A model generated the notes under the pieces. The model did not search any database. It was not told the DNA's origin and saw only the letters and a program-made list of their open reading frames with translations. Below, piece after piece: positions 18,275 through 27,454 of a DNA stretch of 60,969 nt (positions are counted from its first letter, which is position 1; each line of letters starts with the position of its first letter). A program made the position numbers and the translations under genes. This DNA comes from Candidatus Moraniibacteriota bacterium (lineage in GTDB: Bacteria; Patescibacteriota; Minisyncoccia; Moranbacterales; DUUL01), in the NCBI GenBank assembly GCA_041583775.1, contig JBFHFF010000008.1:1-60969 (forward strand), written 5' to 3'.

Positions 18275-21200
18275 CTATTTCTGCGTAATTATCTCTGTAG
18301 TTTCTATTTTGCGATTCTTTCGACGTTTTATGAAGTCATACCCCAGATATCCGAGGCATCCGGCGAGGGTTGTGCCTGAGATGAGGAGGCCTAGGTAGAA
18401 CCAGCGTTGTGGGAAGAATTCGATGGTCATTTCCATATCATAACTTCCGTCAGGGTTTAGCGTACAAGCGGAATTTTCATTTGAGCAAAGTTCCGCTGGC
18501 TCCACAAACCAGCCATTTAAAAATCCATTTAATTCGAAATGCTTGTCATCAGCAATCCGATCAGGTTTCACCCATGGTACCCAACCAGCAAGCTTGCCGT
18601 TTATTTTGTCGTTGTTCATTTGTGCTTGCCATTGTGGATGATAACTTTCACTCATTGCCAAATAGAACGGTGTTGTTGCACCTTTGATGTGGACTAATTT
18701 TTTTGTTGGATTTAATAAATCAAATTCGATTGAATTTGGATCAACAAAGTTGGTCTGTGGATCGGAAACAACATAATAACGATTCTCTAAATCAGGTAAT
18801 TGCACAAAATGGAAATTGTCATAACGAGTGATGATATTAGTTTTCCCATCTACCGAATAGGAATATACCGCTAGCGAAACTGATGACGCGCCCTGAGGAA
18901 TTTTAATCTGTTTATTGAAAGTGTGCCATTCTTTATCATTAATTGACAAACGCTCACTAATAACAGTGTGGTTTGGATCATTGAAACCCAGATAATATCC
19001 AGCATTCTTTCCATTTGGTGATTGATAATCAAATGAGAAAAAATATGTCTTATCTTCAACTGCTGGTAAAACCCCTGGTCCAGTGCAAGCAATGTGCCTA
19101 GTGGCTTGCAGTTCCAGAGATTTGCTACCATCCAAAGCCACATCCGAAAGTGCAATTCCCACTTCTCCGTTATTATCATATGCGTTACAATCTCCAACCG
19201 TATCGCTCCATAGCCCATTCTCGAATGATGAATCATAAATCAGATTGGGAAAGTCATGATTCAAATCTCTATAGGTGAAATTATAAAAATCTTGCTTAGG
19301 CAATTCAATTTTTTGAAAATTTTGTTTATATTGCGGATCTATAGTAGCTACTTTTGTCAAGGGAATCATAGCAAAATTGCGATATCGAGTTACAATACTC
19401 GTCTTGTTGTCCAGCGAATATGAATATACCACTAGCTTGAATGAAGTCGCATCTTCTGGCACATCAACAGCTTTTTGAAAGTGTTGCCAACCGCTATTAG
19501 CTACGGATAACTTTTCATTTAATACGGTACCCTTATCATTATTAAAGGACATATAATACCCGGCTTGCTTGCCGTTAGGTGATTGATAGTCAAAAGAAAA
19601 AAAATATTTTTTACCACCATCGATCTTTTGTGCTCCTGGGCCAGTGCAGGCAATGTGACTAGTAGCTCTCAATTCCAATGCATTTCCCCCCTCATTTCCA
19701 TCCTGCACCACGGTCATACCCAGAAGTCCTTGATCATCATAAGCATTGCAATCCCCCACTTTGTCCTGCCAAGCTCCTTGAGAAAAAGAGCCATCGGGAA
19801 TCAAATTAATTGACTGATTAGAGGAAAGCAGATTAAAGGGTTTGGTTAAAACATCCAGTAATTTTTTTTTGCTCGACGACTCAAGCGAGACAAGACGTGA
19901 GCCAATACCGGCAAAATATTTTTCCTCTTGGTTAAATGAAACTGAAGCTATCTGACGCGAATCGGAAGATTTTTCAATCAAATTAGAATCTGCGAAAAGA
20001 TTTTTTTGAGAATCAGAAAAGAAAGTAATTTTATTTTTTTGAGTAGTATATTCAATTACTCTTTTTCCAACATCAATATAGACACTGGAATCTTTTCCGT
20101 CTGATTGCACTCTTTGTGAAACACTGTCATTATCAAAACTTTTCACTTCCAGATTCTCAAACATAAGGTGCGTGTCTAATGTTGGAATGTTTTTCACATC
20201 TTTTTCGTTCGGCACAATAAAATCAAAACTTTGGCTAGAAGTGTTCAAGGAGAAAAGATATTTAGGATCGAGGTTTTGAAATGAATCGTATTGAAGAAGT
20301 GATGACATCGAATGAAAATGTGGTAAATAGTTTTGATTTTCATAAATCACCAAATCTTTTGTGCCTATTTCAATTCTTTTCAGAAATGGCAATTCATCAA
20401 GCTGGTCAATATACCATTGACGTACATTCGGATTATTTTTTTCACCAAAGTATTTATAGAAGTCTATATTGAAATTTTTCGAATCTATTATAGGGACTAT
20501 AACATACCTTATTGAAGTACTATCTATTACTGCATCAGAGATGTCCAATGATAAAGACTGCATAATACCTTCAGCTCTGCCATCTGGATCAGAACTCCAT
20601 GTTGTTGCATTGAGAACCTTCCGATAATATCTATCATTCATTGAAGCTATGCTCACTCTCGGCATTGTTTCATTGTATAAAGCCCATCTCTCAAAAACAG
20701 GAACCCAATATGTTCTGTAGTACCCAACTGCTTTATCATTTTTTAAATAATTATTATAAACAACATAATCATCAGGAATTGAACTTGAAACAAATGTTGT
20801 TTTAATTTTTTGACTTAGAAAAGGCGATAAATTTAAAAACGCAACTACAATTAATAACATAACCACAAATAAATATTTCCATTTTTTTTTCAACTGGGTC
20901 ATATTATACTCTAAAAAAAATGCGATTAGGAATAAATATCCTAACGATGTTATTAAATAAAACTTCGAAGCCTCTCTAAAAATATTAAATGAAGGAAAAT
21001 TTTTATACATCCAAATATAAAATCCTGTGAATGGGACTGATGACTGTTTTGTTAAAAAAACTCCCAGAAGTGTAAAAAAAATAAAAGTTATAAATGTGCT
21101 TGCATATTCTTTTTTTCTGATAATTCTACGAAAATATAACAGTGAAGAGAATGCAAAAAGTGGAATTACCCACAAATAGTTAAGGACGGGCATTCGTGTA

Positions 21201-22033
21201 AATGTCCAATCGGGAACGCCTCCTGTCCAGTTCCATTTCATAACGGTAAAAGCATTTATCAAGGAAAATAAATTATCACCAAATAAACCACGATCTGTGA
21301 GTGTTGAAATCTCGTTCATTAAACCTTTCAGCATAGGAAAAGCCCAGTATGAACTACCAGCTAGATATATTCCAACAATCAAAAAAGAATAGACTATATT
21401 TTTCAATGTAGGCATTGTTTCTCTAAAAATAAAATGGAAGAAAAATTGAAAAATCAATAGTGAACCTATTATTATTATTATTCTCAAATCATATGCACTG
21501 GAAAATAAAAGCAATAGAACCAAATAAAACCAATAACGGGGTTTACTTGTAACTAAATATTCATGATTAAAATAAAAAAATAAAGGCGCTATTGAATAAA
21601 TAAAAGCAATGGGAAAATGACCAGTTTGAAGAATTAAAAAATATGGGCAGGAACCATAAATCAAAGCAGAGACAAATGAAGAAATTCTACCAAAACCAAA
21701 CCTTAATAACACAAAGTATGGTACTAAAAAGCCACAAATTGCAATGGGAATTAGCAATGTAACTTTAGTTGCAATATCATATGTTAATCCCATTCTAACT
21801 ACGATTGACCACAAAATGCCTCTTAAAGGATAACCAAAAACAATTGGATTTGGACTTCCGAAATCCTCAAACCCAATCCATGTCGACCACGATGTTAATC
21901 CTTGAATAGCATGCTCATCAGGACGATATTGCCAATCCCCGAACTGTATAATACTGTTAGGATTGAACCATGCGAGATGTGAAGATATAACAACTAATAC
22001 CAGCCCTATTACAAACAAATATTTTCTTAACAT
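18275..22033 (-). CDS. Large GT-C-like polytopic membrane protein (AftD / arabinofuranosyltransferase-like architecture) with two tandem CBM-like domains and a C-terminal TM anchor
   Basis: 1252 aa. The first ~400 aa hold ~12 TM helices. Then come extracytoplasmic domains including a duplicated ~148-aa module. A TM at aa ~1211-1233 is followed by a basic tail. Confidence 0.55.
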   Translation of the reverse strand: MLRKYLFVIGLVLVVISSHLAWFNPNSIIQFGDWQYRPDEHAIQGLTSWSTWIGFEDFGSPNPIVFGYPLRGILWSIVVRMGLTYDIATKVTLLIPIAICGFLVPYFVLLRFGFGRISSFVSALIYGSCPYFLILQTGHFPIAFIYSIAPLFFYFNHEYLVTSKPRYWFYLVLLLLFSSAYDLRIIIIIGSLLIFQFFFHFIFRETMPTLKNIVYSFLIVGIYLAGSSYWAFPMLKGLMNEISTLTDRGLFGDNLFSLINAFTVMKWNWTGGVPDWTFTRMPVLNYLWVIPLFAFSSLLYFRRIIRKKEYASTFITFIFFTLLGVFLTKQSSVPFTGFYIWMYKNFPSFNIFREASKFYLITSLGYLFLIAFFLEYNMTQLKKKWKYLFVVMLLIVVAFLNLSPFLSQKIKTTFVSSSIPDDYVVYNNYLKNDKAVGYYRTYWVPVFERWALYNETMPRVSIASMNDRYYRKVLNATTWSSDPDGRAEGIMQSLSLDISDAVIDSTSIRYVIVPIIDSKNFNIDFYKYFGEKNNPNVRQWYIDQLDELPFLKRIEIGTKDLVIYENQNYLPHFHSMSSLLQYDSFQNLDPKYLFSLNTSSQSFDFIVPNEKDVKNIPTLDTHLMFENLEVKSFDNDSVSQRVQSDGKDSSVYIDVGKRVIEYTTQKNKITFFSDSQKNLFADSNLIEKSSDSRQIASVSFNQEEKYFAGIGSRLVSLESSSKKKLLDVLTKPFNLLSSNQSINLIPDGSFSQGAWQDKVGDCNAYDDQGLLGMTVVQDGNEGGNALELRATSHIACTGPGAQKIDGGKKYFFSFDYQSPNGKQAGYYMSFNNDKGTVLNEKLSVANSGWQHFQKAVDVPEDATSFKLVVYSYSLDNKTSIVTRYRNFAMIPLTKVATIDPQYKQNFQKIELPKQDFYNFTYRDLNHDFPNLIYDSSFENGLWSDTVGDCNAYDNNGEVGIALSDVALDGSKSLELQATRHIACTGPGVLPAVEDKTYFFSFDYQSPNGKNAGYYLGFNDPNHTVISERLSINDKEWHTFNKQIKIPQGASSVSLAVYSYSVDGKTNIITRYDNFHFVQLPDLENRYYVVSDPQTNFVDPNSIEFDLLNPTKKLVHIKGATTPFYLAMSESYHPQWQAQMNNDKINGKLAGWVPWVKPDRIADDKHFELNGFLNGWFVEPAELCSNENSACTLNPDGSYDMEMTIEFFPQRWFYLGLLISGTTLAGCLGYLGYDFIKRRKNRKIETTEIITQK
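18797..19801 (-). repeat. Tandem duplication of a ~148-aa carbohydrate-binding-module-like domain inside the 18275-22033 CDS
   Basis: aa 745-892 (nt 19358-19801) and aa 931-1079 (nt 18797-19243) share GDCNAYD...LEL.AT.HIACTGPG...YFFSFDYQSPNGK.AGYY..FN....V..E.LS......W..F.K....P..A.S..L.VYSYS.D.KT.I.TRY.NF. Confidence 0.8.
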
Positions 22034-22052
22034 AATTTAAAGTGGGAATGCG

Positions 22053-22775
22053 TTATTTTTTGCTGTTTAATTTTTTTCTGATTCTGTAAAAAGTATTCAC
22101 ACAAACAATAAACAAGAAAAACACCAAAAAAATTAGCATTGCGGGGATTATCTTGAAATATATAGAGGTAGCATATAATACAACGGTAAAGCCACCATCC
22201 CATTTTAAATATTTCATAAACCTGTCTAGATAATTTAGTTTATTAATGTTATTCTTTATACCATTAATTGTAGAATTCAACCCTAGAATATAACTAGTTT
22301 TATCTAGATACGCATGCGCCATAAGCAATGAAGAAAATAGGGAAATTAGAAATATAAAATAATATCTACCATCATTAGTGTATGAAAAAAAATAAGCAAA
22401 CCCGACTAAAAGTGGCAAAAGTAAATCCAAAATGCGATCGAGGAAAGGGTCGAGGAAAGCACCAAATTCAGATTTTTTATTAGTCAATCTTGCCACCTCA
22501 CCATCGGACATATCCAAAATGTGACCGCAAGCTATTAACAAAATACTATATGACATAAAAAAATCATAGTTTACTATAAGAAGTATTCCGCCAAAAACAT
22601 TTAATAAAAATGCCATTAATGATATAACATTCGGATTAAAACCAAGAGTTGCTAATATATAAGAAAAGATTATTGATATCTTTCTAAATATAAAAGTATT
22701 TAGTAATCCTTCATTGCTTCCTTCTTTAATTATTGATTCTTTATGAACACTCACCAGCCTTGAAAAGGTTATCAT
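22053..22775 (-). CDS. CDP-alcohol phosphatidyltransferase family membrane enzyme
   Basis: Complete signature D-x2-DG-x2-AR-x8-G-x3-D-x3-D in DMSDGEVARLTNKKSEFGAFLDPFLDRILD. Confidence 0.85.
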   Translation of the reverse strand: MITFSRLVSVHKESIIKEGSNEGLLNTFIFRKISIIFSYILATLGFNPNVISLMAFLLNVFGGILLIVNYDFFMSYSILLIACGHILDMSDGEVARLTNKKSEFGAFLDPFLDRILDLLLPLLVGFAYFFSYTNDGRYYFIFLISLFSSLLMAHAYLDKTSYILGLNSTINGIKNNINKLNYLDRFMKYLKWDGGFTVVLYATSIYFKIIPAMLIFLVFFLFIVCVNTFYRIRKKLNSKK

Positions 22776-22814
22776 ATTTTTATTCTTACAAATTTAGTTG
22801 AAACATCAATTATA

Positions 22815-23762
22815 TTACTTGGCAAAGTTTTTATAAATAAACCTAGTCATTGTGCTAGGCAAAATCCTAAAATAAATATAATTTAAAATAAGCTTAAGTA
22901 AACTACTGACTTTGAATATTGGTGCATATCCTTTAAATAAAGTTTTTTTAAGATATTTATAGTACAACTCCTTGTTCGGAGAAATACTTTCGTACGACCA
23001 TGGCTTTGAAAATCTACTTGAAAAATGAATGATACTAGGATTGTTTTTTGATTCAAAAAATTCTTTTTTTAAATATGTCGTATTTTTAAAATTTTTTTCG
23101 ATGCTCACTCCGGCAAGTTGATTCCATACTGGACTTATCATACCCCATTTATCAAAAAGAATTTTATTTAAAGCACCTTGATCATGTGAATGCGGTGGCA
23201 ATTCCTGATTCTTTAAACTATGCTCGATCTTACTTGATATATTATTGTTCCTAAATTTTTCTAAATTAATCAACAAAACACCAGCATTAAAATAACCGTT
23301 CTTAAAACTTACATATTTACGATATTGTTGTTCCATTTCGATGCTAGAGTCTTTAACGGCCAATAAATAGTTTTTACCAAAATTCATATCAAAAAGAGGA
23401 GAAATGTCCTTAACGATAATCAAATCACAATCTAAATATAAAATCTTTTTAATATCGGGAAACAATTCTGGAATTTTTATTCTATAATAAGTGGCTTTTG
23501 TAATTTGTTTTGATTCCTTGAAAGAAGAAAAATCTAATTTATTTATAGAATAGAATTCAATACTATTTTTTTTATTATCAAAAGTTTTTACTGTTTTAAT
23601 AATTTTTTCTCTATTTTCAGTTGATATACCACCGTCCAATACAATAATTCTAATATGCCTTTCCGGAGATAGGCTGTCAAGCAAGCTATAAATACTAACA
23701 CAAAGATGCTGTGCAAAATTATTGTCTGATGAAAAGGCAACATTTATAAGTGTTCTATCCAT
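22815..23762 (-). CDS. Glycosyltransferase family 8 (LgtC / LPS glycosyltransferase-like)
   Basis: NVAFSSDNNFAQHLCVSIYSLL, YLDCDLIIV (DxD) and HDQGALN blocks. Confidence 0.8.
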   Translation of the reverse strand: MDRTLINVAFSSDNNFAQHLCVSIYSLLDSLSPERHIRIIVLDGGISTENREKIIKTVKTFDNKKNSIEFYSINKLDFSSFKESKQITKATYYRIKIPELFPDIKKILYLDCDLIIVKDISPLFDMNFGKNYLLAVKDSSIEMEQQYRKYVSFKNGYFNAGVLLINLEKFRNNNISSKIEHSLKNQELPPHSHDQGALNKILFDKWGMISPVWNQLAGVSIEKNFKNTTYLKKEFFESKNNPSIIHFSSRFSKPWSYESISPNKELYYKYLKKTLFKGYAPIFKVSSLLKLILNYIYFRILPSTMTRFIYKNFAK

Positions 23763-23794
23763 GATTTAATTTATAATTTATAATTTCTTTCTAT

Positions 23795-24196
23795 TTATTT
23801 TTTGGTTATTTTATCTTGGATGTTATCTTTCAAGGAAGTGGTGGATATTAAAGGCGTTCTAGGTAAATAAATAACTTTGCAACATCCTTTTAACTCATCA
23901 AACTTTCCCTCCCAGTCATTTCCCATTACGAAAATATCTATCTGATGCTTCTCAATGTCTATGCTTTTTTGTGCCCAATCTTCTTCTGCAATAACCTCGT
24001 CCACATATCTTATTGATTCTAAGACGATTTTCCTTTGTTCGAATGGCAAAAAAGATTCTTTGTGCTTCATAGCATTAAATTCATCCGTCGACAGAGCAAC
24101 TACTAGATAATCACCTAATTCTTTTGCCCTTTTCAATAAATTTATATGTCCCTCATGAAGAAGGTCATAAGTTCCATAAGTTATAACTTTTTTCAT
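23795..24196 (-). CDS. tagD: Glycerol-3-phosphate cytidylyltransferase
   Basis: 133 aa. MKKVITYGTYDLLHEGHINLLKRAKELGDYLVVALSTDEFN carries the HxGH motif. Overlaps the upstream GT2 by 4 nt. Confidence 0.9.
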   Translation of the reverse strand: MKKVITYGTYDLLHEGHINLLKRAKELGDYLVVALSTDEFNAMKHKESFLPFEQRKIVLESIRYVDEVIAEEDWAQKSIDIEKHQIDIFVMGNDWEGKFDELKGCCKVIYLPRTPLISTTSLKDNIQDKITKK

Positions 24197-25026
24197 ATTC
24201 TTGTTACTTTAATTAAATATCCCACTCCCCCAAATCCAAACTCACAAGTCTTCATAAAAAGCATGCCTGGTCCTATGAACGGATGGCGGAAGAGTTTTTT
24301 AGGTTTACTTAAAAATAATTTATACCTGGAAATAAACCCTGTTTGATGACCTACGCTCTCTCTGTGCTTAGAATTTTTAGTATACTTTGCAAACTCCCCC
24401 GCATAGTAATATTTCTTCTTCACTGTCTTCCACAAATTAATCCGCCCCTCATTGTGATCCAAAAATTCTTTGGTTCTGCCAATCTTTCCTAAGTTTCCAA
24501 TTCTTTGTGACAAATCCCAATCCTCCCCACTCAAAAGCTCTATATCATATCCACCAACTGACAAAAAATCTTCTCGTCTGAAAAAACGTGCCGCTTCCAT
24601 CCAATCAACTCCCACATAAAAACTCTTCTCCAATGCCTTACATTTTGCCCAAAAACCTTCTCCAATCGAACGCTCTGGAACAATCACTGCTTTTATCCCA
24701 TTATCAGATTCCATTTTTTCAACACAACTTTCAATAACTTTTGGCGTCAGCTCCATATCAGAATCAATAATAAGAACATATTTACCAGAAGATTTTTTGA
24801 CTCCCAGATTCCTCTGTGCACATCGATGATCTCCTTTCTTATCAAAAACAAAAACTTTGTCTGTATACTCTTTGGAAATTTCTACATCATTTAATTTGCT
24901 ATTTCCATCAACAACAACAATCTCAATGTTCGGATAGGTTTGATTCTTTAAACAATCCAAACAGCGTCTCAAAAGTTCTGAGCGGTCTCTAGTTGGAATA
25001 ATAATAGAAACTAAATTTTTCTCCAT
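24193..25026 (-). CDS. Glycosyltransferase family 2
   Basis: VSIIIPTRDR start and IIDSDMEL (DxD) motif. Confidence 0.8.
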   Translation of the reverse strand: MEKNLVSIIIPTRDRSELLRRCLDCLKNQTYPNIEIVVVDGNSKLNDVEISKEYTDKVFVFDKKGDHRCAQRNLGVKKSSGKYVLIIDSDMELTPKVIESCVEKMESDNGIKAVIVPERSIGEGFWAKCKALEKSFYVGVDWMEAARFFRREDFLSVGGYDIELLSGEDWDLSQRIGNLGKIGRTKEFLDHNEGRINLWKTVKKKYYYAGEFAKYTKNSKHRESVGHQTGFISRYKLFLSKPKKLFRHPFIGPGMLFMKTCEFGFGGVGYLIKVTRI

Positions 25027-25058
25027 TTTTCTTATCTACAGAGTCAACTCTGTATTTA

Positions 25059-25253
25059 TTACTTATTATCTTTCTCCCAGTCCTTGATAATCAACCTTTT
25101 TCTCGCCTTATCAACCTCAACAACAAGCTTTTGCTTTTCTTTCCATCCAAATTCACGAATCGCGTCAATTGGAAGCGTGATTGCATATGTCGCACCACCA
25201 CCAACTTTTGCCAATTTGCGAACATTCTTGTTTTCGATTTTTTGAATTCCCAT
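25059..25253 (-). CDS. Small AbrB/SpoVT-like DNA-binding domain protein
   Basis: MGIQKIENKNVRKLAKVGGGATYAITLPIDAIREFGWKEKQKLVVEVDKARKRLIIKDWE resembles a swapped-hairpin AbrB/MazE fold. The track ORF extends to 25310, but that extension looks non-native. Confidence 0.5.
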   Translation of the reverse strand: MGIQKIENKNVRKLAKVGGGATYAITLPIDAIREFGWKEKQKLVVEVDKARKRLIIKDWEKDNK

Positions 25254-25314
25254 ATAAATTAATTTGTAAAGTAAAAAGTTTATCAGGTTTATAAAGTTAT
25301 CGAACGACAAGTCG

Positions 25315-26451
25315 TCAATCCAAGATTTTTGTTACACTTTTGAAGTCTTGGTAGCTTCGGTCGAAGTTGATTTCTTTACTCCATTCCCACGCAACATTTC
25401 TCATCTTCTCATACTTCTCATCATTTTTCAACAAATCTTCAATATTCCCTGCCAAACATTCTGGGGTATTTTTTTTACAAACCAACCCTGTTTCACCATT
25501 TCGCACACTATCTCGCAAACCATCTACATCATATACTACCGCTGGCGTTCCTTGTGAGTTTGCTTCTGTTACAACCAACCCCCAACCCTCTTTGATCGAT
25601 GTCACTGCTAAAATATGTGCCTTTTGCATCAACTCCAACTTCTTTTCATCTGAAACTTTTCCCAAAACCTCAATTGAATCTTTGTGGGGTGAATTTTCAA
25701 TCATTTTTAAAATCTTTCTTCCAAATCTATCACTTGCATCTCCAGCAATGACAAGTCGGAGATCTGTAAAGTCGAAAGCAGAAAGTCCATTTTTTCCAGA
25801 CTTTATCAGCTCAAAAGCTTTGATGATTTGATCTGTTCTCTTCATTCCCCTAACCGCTCCTAGCGACAGTATTGTTGGAACTTTATACTTTATAGACTTT
25901 ACGGACTTTATGGACTTTAGACTATCCAGCTCTATCCCTTCACTAATAATATCGATATTCTTTTCCTTGAATCCGAATCTCATTAAATCTTTTTTTGAAC
26001 TTTCTGAGACTGTGATAACTTCGCTTTTATTAAGCAGATGCAAATAGAAAATTTCTAATATATATCCAACGACATTCAACGGAAAAAACATTTGATAGAA
26101 CCAAATCTCTCTACAAAGTTGATGGACAAACATAATTTTTCGCTCCTTTGCATAAAATTTTGTGAAAAATGGAATGGTGTTCATCTCATCAATCACCACA
26201 TCTGCCCAACCTCTCAAATTTTTTCTATAATAACAGTAAGCATGCCAATAGACTGACCACCTTGTTCCAACTCTCACAATCTTGCATCCGTTAATAACTT
26301 CTTCTTCCTTAGCGCCCTTAAAACCACCCACCACAAATACCACTTCGTGCCCATCGAAAGCAAGCCTTTTCCCTAATTCATTAGCAACAACTTCTGCCCC
26401 ACCAGCCAAAGGATTTTTTTTATCTTTCCATGTGAACCACAAAACTTTCAT
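25315..26451 (-). CDS. Glycosyltransferase family 4 (GT-B)
   Basis: EGWGLVVTEANSQGTPAVV motif. 378 aa. Confidence 0.85.
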   Translation of the reverse strand: MKVLWFTWKDKKNPLAGGAEVVANELGKRLAFDGHEVVFVVGGFKGAKEEEVINGCKIVRVGTRWSVYWHAYCYYRKNLRGWADVVIDEMNTIPFFTKFYAKERKIMFVHQLCREIWFYQMFFPLNVVGYILEIFYLHLLNKSEVITVSESSKKDLMRFGFKEKNIDIISEGIELDSLKSIKSVKSIKYKVPTILSLGAVRGMKRTDQIIKAFELIKSGKNGLSAFDFTDLRLVIAGDASDRFGRKILKMIENSPHKDSIEVLGKVSDEKKLELMQKAHILAVTSIKEGWGLVVTEANSQGTPAVVYDVDGLRDSVRNGETGLVCKKNTPECLAGNIEDLLKNDEKYEKMRNVAWEWSKEINFDRSYQDFKSVTKILD

Positions 26452-26468
26452 ATCTTGAGACTTTTAAC

Positions 26469-27437
26469 TTATTTCAAATTAGACTTTTCTTCTTTGTCGC
26501 TTCTATCCCTCAAAACATAGAGCGGGCGATTTATCACCTCTGAATGAATCCCAGCGATATACAAAGCAATCAAACCCAAAGAAGCAAGCACAATTCCCAC
26601 CAGAAACAAAGTGATCACCGCCAAAATTGCTGGGCCAGAGAAAGAATACCCCAAAGAATCTTGCAAAATATATCTTTCAACAAAGATAAACAAACCCAAA
26701 GGTCCTGAAATTAGAATAATTATCACCCCGATATACCCTGCCAGCTTCAAAGGCAAAAGACTCAATGAAACCATACTATTAACTGCCAACCTTACCAACT
26801 GCCAAAAACCATAACTGGCTTCTCCGTTGGCCCGTTCATCAGCTACAAAATAGACATATTCCCTTCGAAATCCAAGCCAGTCAATTAGAGCTCTGGTCAT
26901 TCTATTTCTTTCCGTCAAGAAATTCAGTTCTCTTACCACATTACAATCCAGTAAACGAAAATCTGTGGCGCTTGGAGTGACTTTTGTCTCTGAAATTGAA
27001 TTTATCAAATGATAATAGACCCGCGAACACATTCTCTTGAAAAAACCAACACTTTTGTTGCTTTTGCGAATTCCAACCACCACCTCCGCTCCTTTTTCCC
27101 ATTTCCGAATGAATTTTGGAATCAAAGCTGGCGGATGTTGCAAATCAGCATCTAACATAATCACCATATCCCCTTTTGCATTTCGCAAACCGGCACTTGT
27201 CGCTGCCTCCTTGCCAAAATTTCTGGAGAATTCCAAAAAACGAACCCTTCTATCTGCAAAATTCAGCTTCTTGATTTCTCGAACAGAATTATCCTTACTC
27301 CCATCATCAATAAAAACAATTTCAAAATCATAATCTTTCTCCCCAATCAAAGCTTTTTTCACAGCTTGGTACACTAAAGGAATGTTTTTTTCCTCGTTGT
27401 GCGTTGGAATGATGATTGAAATGATTTTCTTGGACAT
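26469..27437 (-). CDS. Polyprenyl-phosphate glycosyltransferase (GT2, GtrB/ArnC/DPM1-like) with two C-terminal TM helices
   Basis: ISIIIPTHNEEKNI, FIDDGSKDNS, MLDADLQHPP and two C-terminal TM helices. Confidence 0.85.
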   Translation of the reverse strand: MSKKIISIIIPTHNEEKNIPLVYQAVKKALIGEKDYDFEIVFIDDGSKDNSVREIKKLNFADRRVRFLEFSRNFGKEAATSAGLRNAKGDMVIMLDADLQHPPALIPKFIRKWEKGAEVVVGIRKSNKSVGFFKRMCSRVYYHLINSISETKVTPSATDFRLLDCNVVRELNFLTERNRMTRALIDWLGFRREYVYFVADERANGEASYGFWQLVRLAVNSMVSLSLLPLKLAGYIGVIIILISGPLGLFIFVERYILQDSLGYSFSGPAILAVITLFLVGIVLASLGLIALYIAGIHSEVINRPLYVLRDRSDKEEKSNLK

Positions 27438-27454
27438 ATATTTAACTGTATGAA

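Noticed and set aside
18797-19801. Considered the two CBM-like repeats as a diversity-generating retroelement template/variable repeat pair.
   Set aside because: The copies differ throughout rather than only at adenine-templated positions. No reverse transcriptase or accessory gene is present in the window.
25880-25925. Imperfect 9-nt tandem repeat (GACTTTATG / GACTTTACG / GACTTTAGA) inside the GT4 gene, encoding SLKSIKSVKSIK.
   Set aside because: It is in-frame, short and imperfect. It is probably a trivial linker duplication rather than a phase-variation device.
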